A program made the position numbers and the translations under genes. The notes under the pieces were generated by a model. It was not told the origin of the DNA and made no database searches. It saw nothing but the letters and a program-made list of their open reading frames with translations. From Lingula anatina (Eukaryota > Animalia > Brachiopoda), in NCBI GenBank assembly GCA_051362555.1, contig CM120649.1:18304567-18368566 (forward strand): a stretch of 64,000 nucleotides of DNA, in the 5' to 3' direction. Within the stretch, counting starts at the first letter, position 1. The number at the start of each line of letters is the position of its first letter. Below are positions 52,301 through 64,000 of this stretch, piece after piece.

Positions 52301-53245
52301 TTTTGGCCCGTTTGACCTTGAAATAAAGGTCAAAGGTCAAATCCAAGGGCATATTTGAAATCTACACATATGACTTTTGGAAAGCTGTCTGTAGAAATTT
52401 TTCCCATAACTCCTTCCGTAGGGTAGATAATTAGCATTTAATTTTGCCATTTTTAGACAAGGGTGCATTGCAATGAGTGCCACACCTAGACCCCAATACC
52501 GACAAAGCCCAAATTTTACGTGGAACGAGTTGAGATTATAGGTGACCTAAATCCAAGAGATGGGTACAGGGGCCCTTACTGTCTAGGAGGAGAAGCGGTA
52601 ACGGTGACTTGGCGGCGGAGCCGGCGGAGCCGCAGGAGCCGCAGGAGCCGGCGGAGCCGGCGGAACATACGGGTCGGGACTAAAACCATGGGTACCGCCA
52701 GCGCCTACGCTGGTGGTACAATCATGTGGACCCCTGCGAAGATTTGTCTCACTTAACATTCATTTACAGTTCTCAATCTATTCTAGAACACTTAGTATAT
52801 TTTTTTACAGTTCTAATGTTGTTCTGTAATGAATGTAACAGTTCGAGAACTGTTTTTGGAAAGTCCTTCAGAATGTCTTAGAGCAGATTAAGAACATTTT
52901 TCATTAAAGAGAAAAACATAATCTAGGACAGACTGAGAACCATAAGTGAGCGTTAAATGAGACAACTTTTCACAGGGTGACTTACTTTTGAAGATGATGA
53001 AGGTAATTCCCTCAAAATTTCAGAGTGTGATGACTTGTCACTACCAGAGGATGGAGATTCTATGGTTGGATAGTTAGGATACGGGAATGGTGTTTTTAAT
53101 CTTGGACCATGAGACTCATGCAACCCAGAATGTCCACTTTTCGATTGTTTTTTGTCTTGATATTTTCCCTCTGATGAGATACCAGGTTTAGTGTGGAAAA
53201 TAACATCCTCATCTGTGTACTTTTCTCCTGTTCCTCCCAGAGGTC
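31345..53245 (-). CDS. ZU5 - UPA-like - Q/P-rich - death-fold - CARD-like protein, module A (no start exon found). Exons: 53245-52986, 41173-41134, 35653-35209, 34871-34721, 34495-34274, 33966-33781, 33497-31872, 31653-31345
   Basis: ZU5 motif DHNGGYIHLKEVGVTLVVPGGSLPEG..SPIVVIGPHSLTFQKPVYLSFPHC; C-terminal CARD-like LLDSLFSKGIISESDMEEI..TSSDKCSLLL..RRDLADLL; all exons open and phase-compatible; five exon sizes (260, 40, 445, 151, 186) equal those of module B. Confidence 0.8.
35749..40815. mobile_element. 5.07-kb non-autonomous CACTA/EnSpm-like DNA transposon (CCCAG termini, TSD AA) in an intron of module A
   Basis: ACCAA|CCCAGTGGGCA...TGCCTGCTGGG|AAGGC; the empty site GACCAAGGC is present in module B (~59972-59980); CAACGTTG-type subterminal repeats at both ends. 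Confidence 0.85.
38409..38564. mobile_element. 156-bp hAT-like MITE (copy 2), nested in the 5-kb transposon
   Basis: CAGTGT...ACACTG ends with perfect 8-bp TSD CCTCCAGG. Confidence 0.85.
41578..42036 (+). repeat. 5' LTR (459 bp)
   Basis: TG...CA ends, TATA box ~41664, AATAAA 42011; matches 49538-49994. Confidence 0.95.
42041..42058 (+). other. Primer binding site complementary to tRNA-Lys(UUU)
   Basis: TGGCGCCCGAACAGGGAC, four T residues after the LTR end. Confidence 0.92.
43704..45659 (+). pseudogene. gag: Gypsy gag (RRM-like N-terminus, PNMA-type capsid, CCHC knuckle), interrupted by a solo LTR
   Basis: Removing 44045-44591 plus one TSD copy joins ..SFKN|MSLKEV.. in frame (467 aa); PPRLPLFSG..YRQW..IRRSLKGPA capsid motif and CWHCGNQGHRQINC knuckle. 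Confidence 0.88.
44045..44591 (+). mobile_element. Solo LTR (547 bp) of an unrelated LTR element
   Basis: TGTAAGA...TCTTACA inverted ends, 5-bp TSD AACAT, AATAAA at ~44527; no similarity to the host LTRs. Confidence 0.9.
45599..49407 (+). pseudogene. pol: Gypsy pol (protease, RT, RNase H, integrase) with stops at 46181 and 47360 and a frameshift near 48950-48990
   Basis: LLDTGS protease, YLDDIIVFS RT, DASRVGLGAVL RNase H, H..GHLG..C..C zinc finger and D-D(35)E integrase core. Confidence 0.95.
49538..49994 (+). repeat. 3' LTR (457 bp)
   Basis: Follows the PPT; near-identical to the 5' LTR. Confidence 0.95.
50071..52720 (-). mobile_element. 2.65-kb non-autonomous Helentron/DINE-1-like element with central tandem repeats
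   Basis: Absent in module B (TTTAGA|ATCATG at 60820); ACTAG end with GAGGCG..CGCCTC hairpin; other end GTACCGCCAGCG..CGCTGGTGGTAC hairpin; 9-bp GC-rich repeat 52611-52665; no TSD, AA target. Confidence 0.75.
50290..51710. repeat. 146-bp tandem repeat (about 8 units in two blocks) with a higher-order duplication (~50680-50970 repeated at ~51710-51995)
   Basis: GGTCAAAGGTCAATTTTAAGGTCAC...GGACCTATCTCTGCCAGTTTTGGAGA recurs with ~146-bp spacing (e.g. 51021, 51167). Confidence 0.93.
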
Positions 53246-53780
53246 CTTATATGAAGATTAAAAAAAAATTATTAATATTTCTGACACACAAACACAGCAT
53301 GATATTGCAATTTACTGTATGATGAAACTGACCACTCTTTTTCATGTCTTAAGGCTAAAGTTCACAATTTCAGTGGTGTTACGGAACTCTGAATGATGCA
53401 CTTATAAATAGATTACTATTTACCACCAGAAAGCGACTTGAGGAGCAGTAATAAATATCCCACAATATATGAGGGACAAGGATAAAAGTCGATAAAGATA
53501 AAAGCCCGAAGGTCGGAGTTTTGAAAATTTCATCATACCCAGGAGTCAGGGAGACGTAATTTTGAAAAATTCATCAGATTTACGCATTTTAAAATATTAA
53601 GTAATTTTTAAGCGACAAAATTTTACCTTAGGTCCTGTAGGACCCCATGATTTTTGACTGATATCCTACAGGACATCTCATGGGACCATCTTATGGATTT
53701 TGGGGCAATTTCTTTACTGTACTATATACAGCAAGAACTATGCAGCCACTATAGGACTATTTAAATTTTTAAAGAAGGAT

Positions 53781-56700
53781 TTATTCACCCTGGTATTCAT
53801 CAGGTCTCGAGGCTTCATCTGGACAATATAACTCCTGTAGGTCCTCAGGTTTCACTGCCAGAAGATCTGCAAGATCATGTCGGTCCTCGTCAACAAACCA
53901 CTGCCGCAGGTGCCCCACAGGATCCTTATCCAATGTGCATTTCAATACCTTATGTAGTAAAAGACTGCATCTGTCTGATGATGTTTGCTGGAAATTAATT
54001 TTCTCTGTGTCTGAATCACTAATGATGCTCTTTGAAAATAGATAATCTAACAGTCTCCTGATATCAACTCCTCCATCAGCCATGTAGGACAAGTGTTTTC
54101 GCAAATTCTCACATTCAACCTCGTGAAACCTTGCTTTCTGAAAAAAAAGTAAACATAAACTGTGCATAAAAATGGCCTACATGACTTTATATTTCTAAAC
54201 ACTTGCATAATTGATATTTTGAAAATAAAAGTACTCATTACTTTAGTAAAAATATATTCCTGCAAAAAAAAAAAAAAAAAAAAATACTTTGCTTCTTACT
54301 TCAATTACAACTGTGCAAAAATGTATTATAACCCCCCCCACACACAAGAAATATATTTATATATATTAACATACTAATGAGTGAGAATAAACTTACTCTA
54401 ACTTCCTCAATCATGACTTCTATTTCAGATGGTTTAACAATTTCCTTCACTCTTTTTTCAATCCTCCTCAGCAGACATATAAGTTGCTGAAAGGAACCCT
54501 GCAGATGGCAGAATATAAATTCCACAGGTTCTTTAGGACAGCAATCATTCCCTAACTGAAGTTCAAGTACAATAGCTTTCCACACCCCTGGAATCTTAAA
54601 AATGCGATCAAAGTTTGCTTTTGGCTCCAGAGGCAGATACTGCTGTAAATGATGGACATGAGCAGGTGGTGCAGCAGCAATCAACTCCCGATCTCCATTC
54701 TGATGAATTTCAAGCCGGCCTATGTTTTGAACAATAACAGTAGGTTGCCCTGCTGTCTCCATGTTTGCTTGCCTCATGCCTGCATTTAAACCTGGTCTTC
54801 CATAGAGATGAGATGGAGCACACAAGGCCTGTTGGTCTGGAAGTTGTTGTTGTTGTTGTTGATGCTGTGGGGTTAGATTTGGCAATTGCTGATGTTGTGT
54901 TTTAACTACTGGATTTGCCAAATGTTGCTGGTTTATTGGTACTGATGATGGTGCCAACAGAGATGGCAAGGATGAAAACTGTTGTGGTGCTGGTAAAACT
55001 GTTTGATCTGAGATATTCAAAACTGACTGCTGCAGTGATGTCCCTGGGGCTGGGAGACTCCACTGTGCCTGGTGGGACACAAAGGGGTTCATAACTGACT
55101 GTTGCTGCAGAGGTTCTGATGACCCTGGGGCTGGGAGACTCCACTGTGTCTGGTGGGACACCAAGGGGTTCATAACTGACTGTTGCTGCAGACGTTCTGA
55201 TGTCCCTGGGGCTGGGAGACTCCACTGTGTCTGGTGGGACACCAAGGGGTTCATAACTGACTGTTGCTGCAGACGTTCTGATGTCCCTGGGGCTGGGAGA
55301 CTCCACTGTGTCTGGTGGGACACCAAGGGGTTCATAACTGACTGTTGCTGCAGACGTTCTGATGTCCCTGGGGCTGGGAGACTCCACTGTGTCTGGTGGG
55401 ACACCAAGGGGTTCATAACTGACTGTTGCTGCAGACGTTCTGATGTCCCTGGGGCTGGGAGACTCCACTGTGTCTGGTGGGACACCAAGGGGTTCATAAC
55501 TGACTGTTGCTGCAGACGTTCTGATGTCCCTGGGGCTGGGAGACTCCACTGTGTCTGGTGGGACACCAAGGGGTTCATAACTGACTGTTGCTGCAGACGT
55601 TCTGATGTCCCTGGGGCTGGGAGACTCCACTGTGTCTGGTGGGACACCAAGGGGTTCATAACTGACTGTTGCTGCAGACGTTCTGATGTCCCTGGGGCTG
55701 GGAGACTCCACTGTGCCTGGTGGGACACCAAGGGGTTCATAACTGACTGTTGCTGCAGACGTTCTGATGTCCCTGGGGCTGGGAGACTCCACTGTGCCTG
55801 GTGGGACACCAAGGGGTTCATAACTGACTGTTGCTGCAGACTTTCTAAGACCGTCTGTGACTGTTTTTCCCCAAGGAGGCTGGAATCTGGATGAGACAAC
55901 TGGAGTGTTTGTAGGTCAAATTGTTCGGTGCCAGGTACCTTTGTTATCTGAAAAGATATTGAGTCCAAACATTTACCTGATATTTAAGTTGGTTGTGTGG
56001 TCACTGTAAAAAAAAACATTAAAATTTACAAGACAAATTAGTTTGCAATCAATGTTAATGAGAGAGACATCATGTTTCCTTAACTATATGAGAGGCTGGC
56101 GGCAACGAAGAACTGTAGTTAAAGTAATTCAAAGACATCTCATCTGGAGGGATAACACACTTATAATAAATAATCTTCTCAAGTAATATGTGACCACAAA
56201 AGCTCAATTTCAAAAACATGGGTTATTGATAAGACTTTACATTAATCACTTAGTACACTGTCTACCAACAGGTTTGGGGAAATAATTTTATCTTAGGAAA
56301 AAAAATCTTCCTTCAATCTCCACCTCCTTCTCTCCTCTTCATTCCCTCTTATTAAAAAAAAAACACTAAACATCTAATATGACATCACCTGATGTAATGG
56401 GCGGCACACTTCAAGCTCTACTGATGACAACCTTGCCTTTTTACCGTTGAGGCCTTGTTGGGCCAACAATATTCTGCTGTTGAATATTATGGGGCACGAT
56501 GTGGTAGAGTCGGGCTTAAAAGAGAAGGCACAATGTGGTCTGCTGTCATCTATCAAGCTCTGGTAATCCAATGCCTAAAACAACACATTTTAATGCAAAT
56601 GTTATCTTTTAAAATTATGAAGATCGCAAAATTATATTGGTCTACCCAATACACTAACGAAATTAAATAGGAGATATGGATAGGAAAACACTATATAAAC

Positions 56701-59105
56701 TTATAATATGGCTTTACAAATGAGAAATGCATGTGACGTGATTGTGCTGAAAGTATTACATTAAAATATCACATGCATGTAAAAGTGTAATACTTTTCTC
56801 TTCCTTATATTTATTATATACCTTTTCATCTTCCCCTGTCAAAGTCCATCCTTGAAAGTCCTTTATTGTGACCAGTACATCATGATTAACTTCACACACA
56901 ACATGGTCTTTGTTGTCATGGTCACCATCACCTTGGTCACCATCACTGTGGGGACAGATGTAAAGCCTTAAGAATCCATCATGCACCATACGCTTCATGC
57001 CAATCTGTGCCATCCAACTGTCAAAAAACTGGAATGTGTAAATTGGCAAACACTATAATATACAGGGGTGGATCTAGGATTCTTTGAAGGGGGGAGGGTC
57101 CTAGGATGTGATGCCACCTGTCCCCCCCCCCTCCCCCACCCCCACCCCTGAGAGACATACAACAATGGAATGGTTTAGAACTATGATTCAGCTAATCAAA
57201 ATTTCATTTTCAAGAGGGGACCATTTGACATGTGTAATTTTTTTTCATAAATATTGGGGGGGGGGGGGGGGGGGGGGGGGGTGGTGCAGGACCTAAATCC
57301 ACCACTGATATAAGAAGGAACTGTTTTACCCAGTGCAAGCACACTTAGTTAATGACTGGAACCACGGCCTCTTTCTATGTATGATTGTTATGATGAAAGT
57401 TTACCAAATTTCAAACAAAATTATGACCTAATGCACTGCACATAATAATATATGTACTAAACACCTAATATGTTTATGAATTACTTTTATATGCTTTATA
57501 AATTAATTTAGTAGTTTTTTATGTACTCAAAAGTAGCATCATGGGTTGTTAATTTCTCTAAATGCATTTGTTCAGTACATTACAAATGTACACAGTATTA
57601 CCTGTTATCATTTAAAATTATAGATACATTATAATAATAGTTCAAATATATTTTGATGAAGTATCAAAGCAGGTTGATTACTATATCCAGTTATAAATAA
57701 TTATTTAAAATATAAATAATGAGTTAGTAATAAAAGTTCTAAAGTTTTGGAGTAGGTAACTAGAAAAAAATACAAAGTAGAATTTTTTAAGCTTGGCTCT
57801 GTTAGCTTACTGATGAAAAACAGCAACATTAACATCATTCAATGAATCTAAATAAAGAACATGGCCAGTTATTACAATTATACATCAAATATTGACAACA
57901 GATTGACAATATTGAAGCAATAATAACTCTTCCTTTGAGATTCAAAATTCCACAAGAAATACATTGTAAACAACGCATGGAAATATATTCCATTGCATTT
58001 TACCACTAAAACGGCTGTTATTGTAGTAAAACTAAAATCTGTGCTTGTCAATAGGGCTTTCGATGCCTTTCTTTACGGTCGTCAAGGCATCCATTGCCAA
58101 TGACGTTGGGGTGTCACGCGGATTCTCACGTTAATTCGAGACCAAAATAACATGTGGTGCCAAACGTGTTGATGCAATCCGCAGACATTAGTTGCGAGTT
58201 TTTGGACAGTGCGTCAGATAACAAAGAGCCCAGAATTGCACACATTGTAGATATAAATGCATTTTGAGCAGTAAGACTAATATATCTTATGAATCTTATA
58301 CTATTGTTATATAGTGTTGTTGTTGTCTGCTTTTCCCGCGGTTTTAAGTAGGTCACCAGAAAATATCGCTCAATATCACGTGACTATGCAATGTCAGAGA
58401 GGGCTCCGTCAGTTAAAATCTCTTAAGAGATTTTAACAAAAAACCAAACGTTAAGAAAAAAAACCTGGACTAACTTTGAATGCAGGAATGGGGTCGTCGG
58501 CCATTGGAAAGTACGGGAAAATTGCCGTTTACTCCAGGAAAATCCAATTTTTGGCCAAAACGAAGAGTTATTATGACTTTAACCATCTAAAAAGGTCACA
58601 ACCAGCACAGTATACTACCACAATGTGTCACAACTAATGCAATATATAACCTTTGTGACAAGACACCTTGTAACACAAGACAAAAATCAAAATTTAAGTA
58701 ATAAAATTTTTGTTTCACAGTGGAATGTAGCATCACTTTTGTTTCACAACTAATACAATACAAAAAAATAAATTTGAAAGTAATTTTTGTTTCACAATTG
58801 CATGTGGTATTACTATTATTTCATCCATAGTATCGCTCATGCATGAGACAAGAATCTGAAGCAGCTCTGTCCCTGGATCAAACGACCCAAATACTAAGGC
58901 CAGCATCTTTTTCTTATTTGATGTTGTGATGTAATTACATGGGTTCCTCAAAGCTGCAGTGCACCTAAAGGGTGAAAAAGCAAATTAATATGTGTACATC
59001 AGACATTTACAAACAGTGGTACCTATGTAAACTTTTATTAAAATAGAGAAAAGTTGAATTTGAATGAAATTTCAATAATTAGAATTTATAACAGAGCAAG
59101 TAATA

Positions 59106-59136
<31 letters not shown>

Positions 59137-59267
59137 GTAATTTTTTCAGAAATCGTATGGGGGGAGGGGGGCAGGATCCCCTGACCTTCCCCTGAATCTG
59201 CAAATGGTATAAGAATGACTCGTTTAATCTAGTGCAAGCACACTTCATAAATAACTGGAGCCACTGA

Positions 59268-59306
<39 letters not shown>

Positions 59307-61364
59307 GTAGCACAAGGTATCTCAATTAAGAATATTTATTTTTAAATGCATTTTAAATACCTTTAAGTATACGTGTGTACATGTATTAAGAAATCTTTGT
59401 CTTTTAAAAAGTCATTCAAACAGGACATACGTAAATTCGGTACCTAGTTTGGCTGTAGGTCACAAAAGGGTCAGTCTCATCAGTTGTCCATTTACAAGTC
59501 CCCATTAGGTCAGTTTTTGATTTCCAGAACTTTATCTCTGTCTCTGCATCGTCAGCATATGGAATACAGTGAGGAAAGCTGAGATAGACTGGTTTCTGAA
59601 AGGTTAAGTCATGTGGACCAATAACCACAATGGGGCTTGTTCTTGTCTGCTTGCCTCCTAAATGAGGGCTGTCACTTGGTCTCCAACTGACTCCAAGGTA
59701 CATCTCTGTTACTGTGCCTTCAGGAAGGGAACCCCATGGTACCACAAGTGTAACCCCCACTTCCTTTAAGTGAACATAGCCACCATGATGGTCCATACTG
59801 AACTTCTGAATGTAGATTCCTGATGAAATCAGTGCTAATTCAAGGTCATTTTTCTCTTTCATGGTGTCTTCCTGAGACAATGCAGCATCTGTAAAAAATG
59901 AAAAAGTAGGTATAAAGGATGTGGACTCACAGCTAAATTGTTTAACTTATGAATTTGTAACCAAATTTAATGACCAAGGCTGAACATTTATAATCAAGAA
60001 TGGCTTTTAAAACACACATTTTAACTTATAATATGATATATACAATTTTTTCTCCAATGTCTCACAAAATGCTGTGGTGAGACTATAATTGTACTTTATT
60101 GTGGATGTCCAAATTTTAATGCACTCACAGTTGACATACACATGCACATGCATGCAACTTCTGTAATTGTCTCAATTTTATATGTCACTGTCTAAGTTAT
60201 AAATTGGTAGCTATGTATGGAGTATAATACATAATATCTAAATGAAATCAATGGTTGCTAGAGTAGAACCCTTTTTCTTTGCCAAAAATTCCACTTGCTG
60301 CAACTCACCTTCAGAAAGATCAAGGGAGACAGATTCATCAGAAGCAACCTGATATCAGCAAAAATAATGTAAAGATTTGTTTATTTATGTCAGTATTTAA
60401 CAGCTTCAAAATATAGACGAATAAGCAGTCCTAACAAGTATAGATGTGTTACAAAAAGAAAAATATGTTAAGAATAACGCGTAGTACACTTTTCAAATCT
60501 TTTGCATGCCTTTGCATATATACTTAATTTATGTAAATCTTGTGTAAGTTGCATTTCTGTCAAATATTGAATATTATCTACATTTTAGCACAGATAAATA
60601 TCTCATCACCCCAAAAGCATGACATGTGAATTTCACTGGGGTATTAGTACACTTTATATGTACATTAAATTGCTTCATCATTTTTGTTTTCTCCTATGGA
60701 ATACAGATGTTGCATGTGATGTTTTATAAATATGCACCCAATTTTAAACTTATCCAAATTTTTTTTCTGACAAATGAATTAAAAATATGCTTGACCTGAG
60801 ATTAGTGTAAGTAATTTAGAATCATGTGGACCCCTGCAAAGATTTGTCTTATTTAACATTCATTTACAGTTCTCAATCTATTCCAGAACATTTGTACATT
60901 TGTATTTGTTTTTTACAGTTCTAATGTTGTTCTGTAATGAATGTAACAGTTCGAAAACTGTTTTTGGGAAGTCCTTCAGTACACTGTATGTCCTAGAGCA
61001 GATTAAGAACATTTTTCATCAACAGAGAAAACCATTATGTTCTAGGACAGACTGAGAACCGTAAGTGAGCTTTAAATGAGACAACTTTTCACAGGTAGAC
61101 TTACTTTTGAAGATGATGAAGGTAATTCCACCAAAATTTCAGAGTGTGATGACTTGTCACTATCAGGAGATTGGGGTTCTGTAGTTGGATAGTCAGGATA
61201 TGGGAATGGTGTTTTTAATATTGGACCATGAGACTCATGCAACCCAGAATGTCCACTTTTTGATTGTTTTTTGTCTTGATATTTTCCTTCTGACAAGATA
61301 CCGAGTTTAGTATGGAAAATAACATCCTCATCTGTGTACTTTTCTCCTGTTCCTCCCAGAGGTC
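53781..61364 (-). CDS. ZU5 - UPA-like - repeat/Q-rich - death-fold - CARD-like protein, module B (start exon further upstream). Exons: 61364-61105, 60348-60309, 59888-59444, 58964-58814, 57028-56822, 56574-56389, 55947-54397, 54137-53781; possible upstream micro-exon 62554-62530
   Basis: Same exon phases and motifs as module A, all frames open; first exon begins in phase 1 without an in-frame ATG. Confidence 0.82.
55030..55840 (-). repeat. Coding minisatellite: 10 x 81 bp encoding LQQQSVMNPLVSHQ(T/A)QWSLPAPGTSER
   Basis: Directly visible in the DNA and in ORF 54301-55968. Confidence 0.97.
57063..57307. mobile_element. MITE (CAGGGGTGGAT...ATCCACCACTG) in an intron of module B
   Basis: Terminal inverted repeats, ATATA flanks, internal similarity (AACTATGATTCAGC..CAAAATT..TTTCAAGAGGG) to 11273-11536. 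Confidence 0.75.
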
Positions 61365-64000
61365 CTTATATGTAGATTCAAGAAAATTATTAACATTATT
61401 GGCACACAAACAAAGCATGATATTGCAATTTATGATGAAACTGACCACTCTTTTTCATGTCTTAAGGCTAAAGTTCACAATTTCAATGGTGTTATGGAAC
61501 TCAGAATGATAGTAATAACTGTAAGTATTCTCATAATATAAAGCGAGCTTCTGAAATATTTTAAAATTCACACATATCTCAGCATTAAAATTCATACACA
61601 TTAGCTGTACCTGATTTGGTCCTAAAGTGCAATTTCAGATCAGATGTGATCTGACGTGATTTTCAAGATTAACCAAGCAGCCTTAAAGGATACTGACTTT
61701 GTTATTATGATCAGAATCGATCTTAGAGTAAGGCTATAAATGGACTGACTTCCATGTAAGTGGTAAAGCAATTATCTCCCCTCACACAGTCAGTTCAAAC
61801 TAGGACTTAGGATCCAAAATAAGACTGGGTTCCCATGCCTAGATTGATCCCCCCGTCTAACTCCAAATGGATTCACGCTAAAATGGTATCAAATTAAGTG
61901 GCTTAAATGTCTGTTACGCCTTTCGAATCAGATAGGGGCAATAGTGTGCTTGATTTGGTCTTAAAGTGCAATTTAAGATCACAAATGATCTTACACAATC
62001 TTAATCATAACAGCAATAGCCTTAAAACGGACTGAGTCTGCTTTTAAGATCAAAAACAATCTAACATCTACTCAAGTGGTCAAGCAGCTTCCTCCCCTCA
62101 GGATGGGCGATGCCTTCCCTCACCATGGAGAACATCTCTGCTCACAAAAGGAAAACGTGAGAGGAGACAACTGCATAACAACTTAACTGGAGGTCAGTCC
62201 AGTAATGGTCTTTCTCATGGTTTAAAGGATTTGCGCCATACCATCAGAATGGCATGAACGGAACATATTCTTCAGAAAACATGCCCAACTAATGATATCT
62301 TTATCTAAATACACAAATTAAAAGCTCATTTTTTAAATTTTTGGCTTTAAAAAACATCCTATTTGCTCGGCCTGGGAGTTAATGAGCTACGTGGTCATGT
62401 GGTCCGATGACGACAATCGTGCCACCGGAGAACAGAGCGTGCTTAGCTGTCAAACTGAGCTGCATTGTCTACCTGTAAGATGACTTCTCTGGCTTCTGAT
62501 GAAAGTTAATACTCATTCAAATCTCTTACCCGAGGGGTCTAAATCCTCGTGAAGCTGTGTAAAACCACTTCCCGTCTAGTCAATTCTTTAACGAGCATTT
62601 AATTATGATTATCCCACGTTGTATAAAACACTGCATTTGAATGAGTTAAGGGCATTGTTGATTATTGCATACGAGGTCCATGTTATTTGTGAAATTCAAT
62701 TAATTTTATTAAACCGCTGACACTCCATCTTGCATACTTTTATTAAACTGAGGTGAACAATGCCCGTTACCTTTACAAGTCCTATCTTAATCATCCATCT
62801 AACTGGAACTTCCTTTACCTCTTAATTAGAGGGTTAAATGGCATTCAATTCTCCTGTAGCGAGTATCTATCTGGCAATATTTATCTCAGGTAAAAATCTA
62901 CTTGTGCGTTAGTTTCAAAGAGCAGCTCCCGCAGGCCTGGGGGTACTAGATAAAATCTGAACACCAGGTTTATCGAGGAGCTAGAGAAACAAAGGAAGAA
63001 TTTTTCCTGCACAGCTTCATAGGAATTTTAACATGGACTTGATCCAGCTTAGACCTCCAAACTAATAGGGTGACATGAGCAATTTTCACAAACAAATAAT
63101 AAAACTATATTTCAGTTACCCTCCTTTAAATAAATATACCGTTCTGGGTAAATTAGAATATTTATTAAATCGCGAGAATATTTTTGACTTAAATGATGAT
63201 TTTATTATTAATGGAAATTAAGCTACTATGTGAGGTACATTTGCTGTGATTACGCTGTCCTTCATGTTTTGCGTTAGTCTACATTTTGCGGTACGTGCTT
63301 GTAATTTTTTTAATCTGTGCATACAACTTTTGCAGGTCTGGTTACGCCCCTGTTATGTGATGAAATCTAAATTTGGCAATTAGTTCCTTAGCTTATTTAA
63401 ATAGAATTGCAGTGTAAAAATTTCAACAAGATGTTGGCGCAATAGCCCTTTATTCTTTGTGGATATTTCCCCCGTCAAAGTTTGTCTATTTGTCTAAAAT
63501 TGTCTTTCAATCTTTACTCTTTTTCCTGTTTTTCCTCAACACGTTTTCTTCCAAGGAAGTAATGCCTGGGCATACGCATGCTTCAAGATACCCTGAGAGC
63601 AATTTCTGTTATTTTAATAAAATATTCGCGACCATGTTTGATCTTAATTGTTTAAATATTGATATTTAACGTCATTTACAAATACCAATAAAATAACCCC
63701 ATGAAATTAATGAGATATATTGAAAAATATGAAAGCCCACCAAGATGAGTTTGATACCTGTTATTACCTGGCTCTTGGTCAACTACAATGCATTTAAAAT
63801 GCAGCAGCAATTAGTAAGCTTGCCAACTGATGACAGTTAATCTAAAAGACTATCAGTTTTGATATGATCTAAAACACCTGAGGTGACCTGTAATATGATG
63901 GCTCTTTACTGAGTCCAACGTGCCGGACTCTATTCAGGAGAGAGACAACAACAATGCGTCTGACTTCTACGAAAGTTTATTGTGAAGTGATAGGCTTGTA

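Noticed and set aside
52520-52756. Arg/Ser-rich protamine-like ORF
   Set aside because: Arises from the 9-bp GC-rich repeat at the end of the Helentron-like element.
54235-54259. Possible micro-exon before the CARD exon (paralogous site ~31746-31770)
   Set aside because: The flanking exons already join in phase 0; the module A version has an in-frame TAA.
54902-55792. 296-aa alternative-frame repeat ORF
   Set aside because: A stop-free 81-bp unit is open in a second frame; only the Q-rich frame joins the neighbouring exons.

Overview
AT-rich, intron-containing animal (invertebrate-like) genomic DNA; no prokaryotic features. Left to right: the last 10 coding exons of glycerol kinase 5 (+); two tandem, ~93% identical, single-coding-exon type II membrane proteins carrying the motif set of fungal beta-1,2-mannosyltransferases (GT91/DUF3589-like) (+); a 2.7-kb CCCAG-ended DNA transposon next to the probable promoter of a 13-exon double-FYVE gene resembling fungal Vac1/Pep7 (+); and two tandem 8-exon modules on the minus strand encoding ZU5 - UPA-like - Q/P-rich - death-fold - CARD-like proteins. 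The downstream module has no visible first exon or promoter of its own, and its introns hold a 5-kb DNA transposon, a decayed 8.4-kb Gypsy element (tRNA-Lys PBS; RRM-Gag split by a solo LTR) and a 2.6-kb Helentron-like element. A recurring oddity is tandem duplication of exon/intron junctions in two unrelated genes. All exon models, alignments and family calls were made by eye, without database searches.
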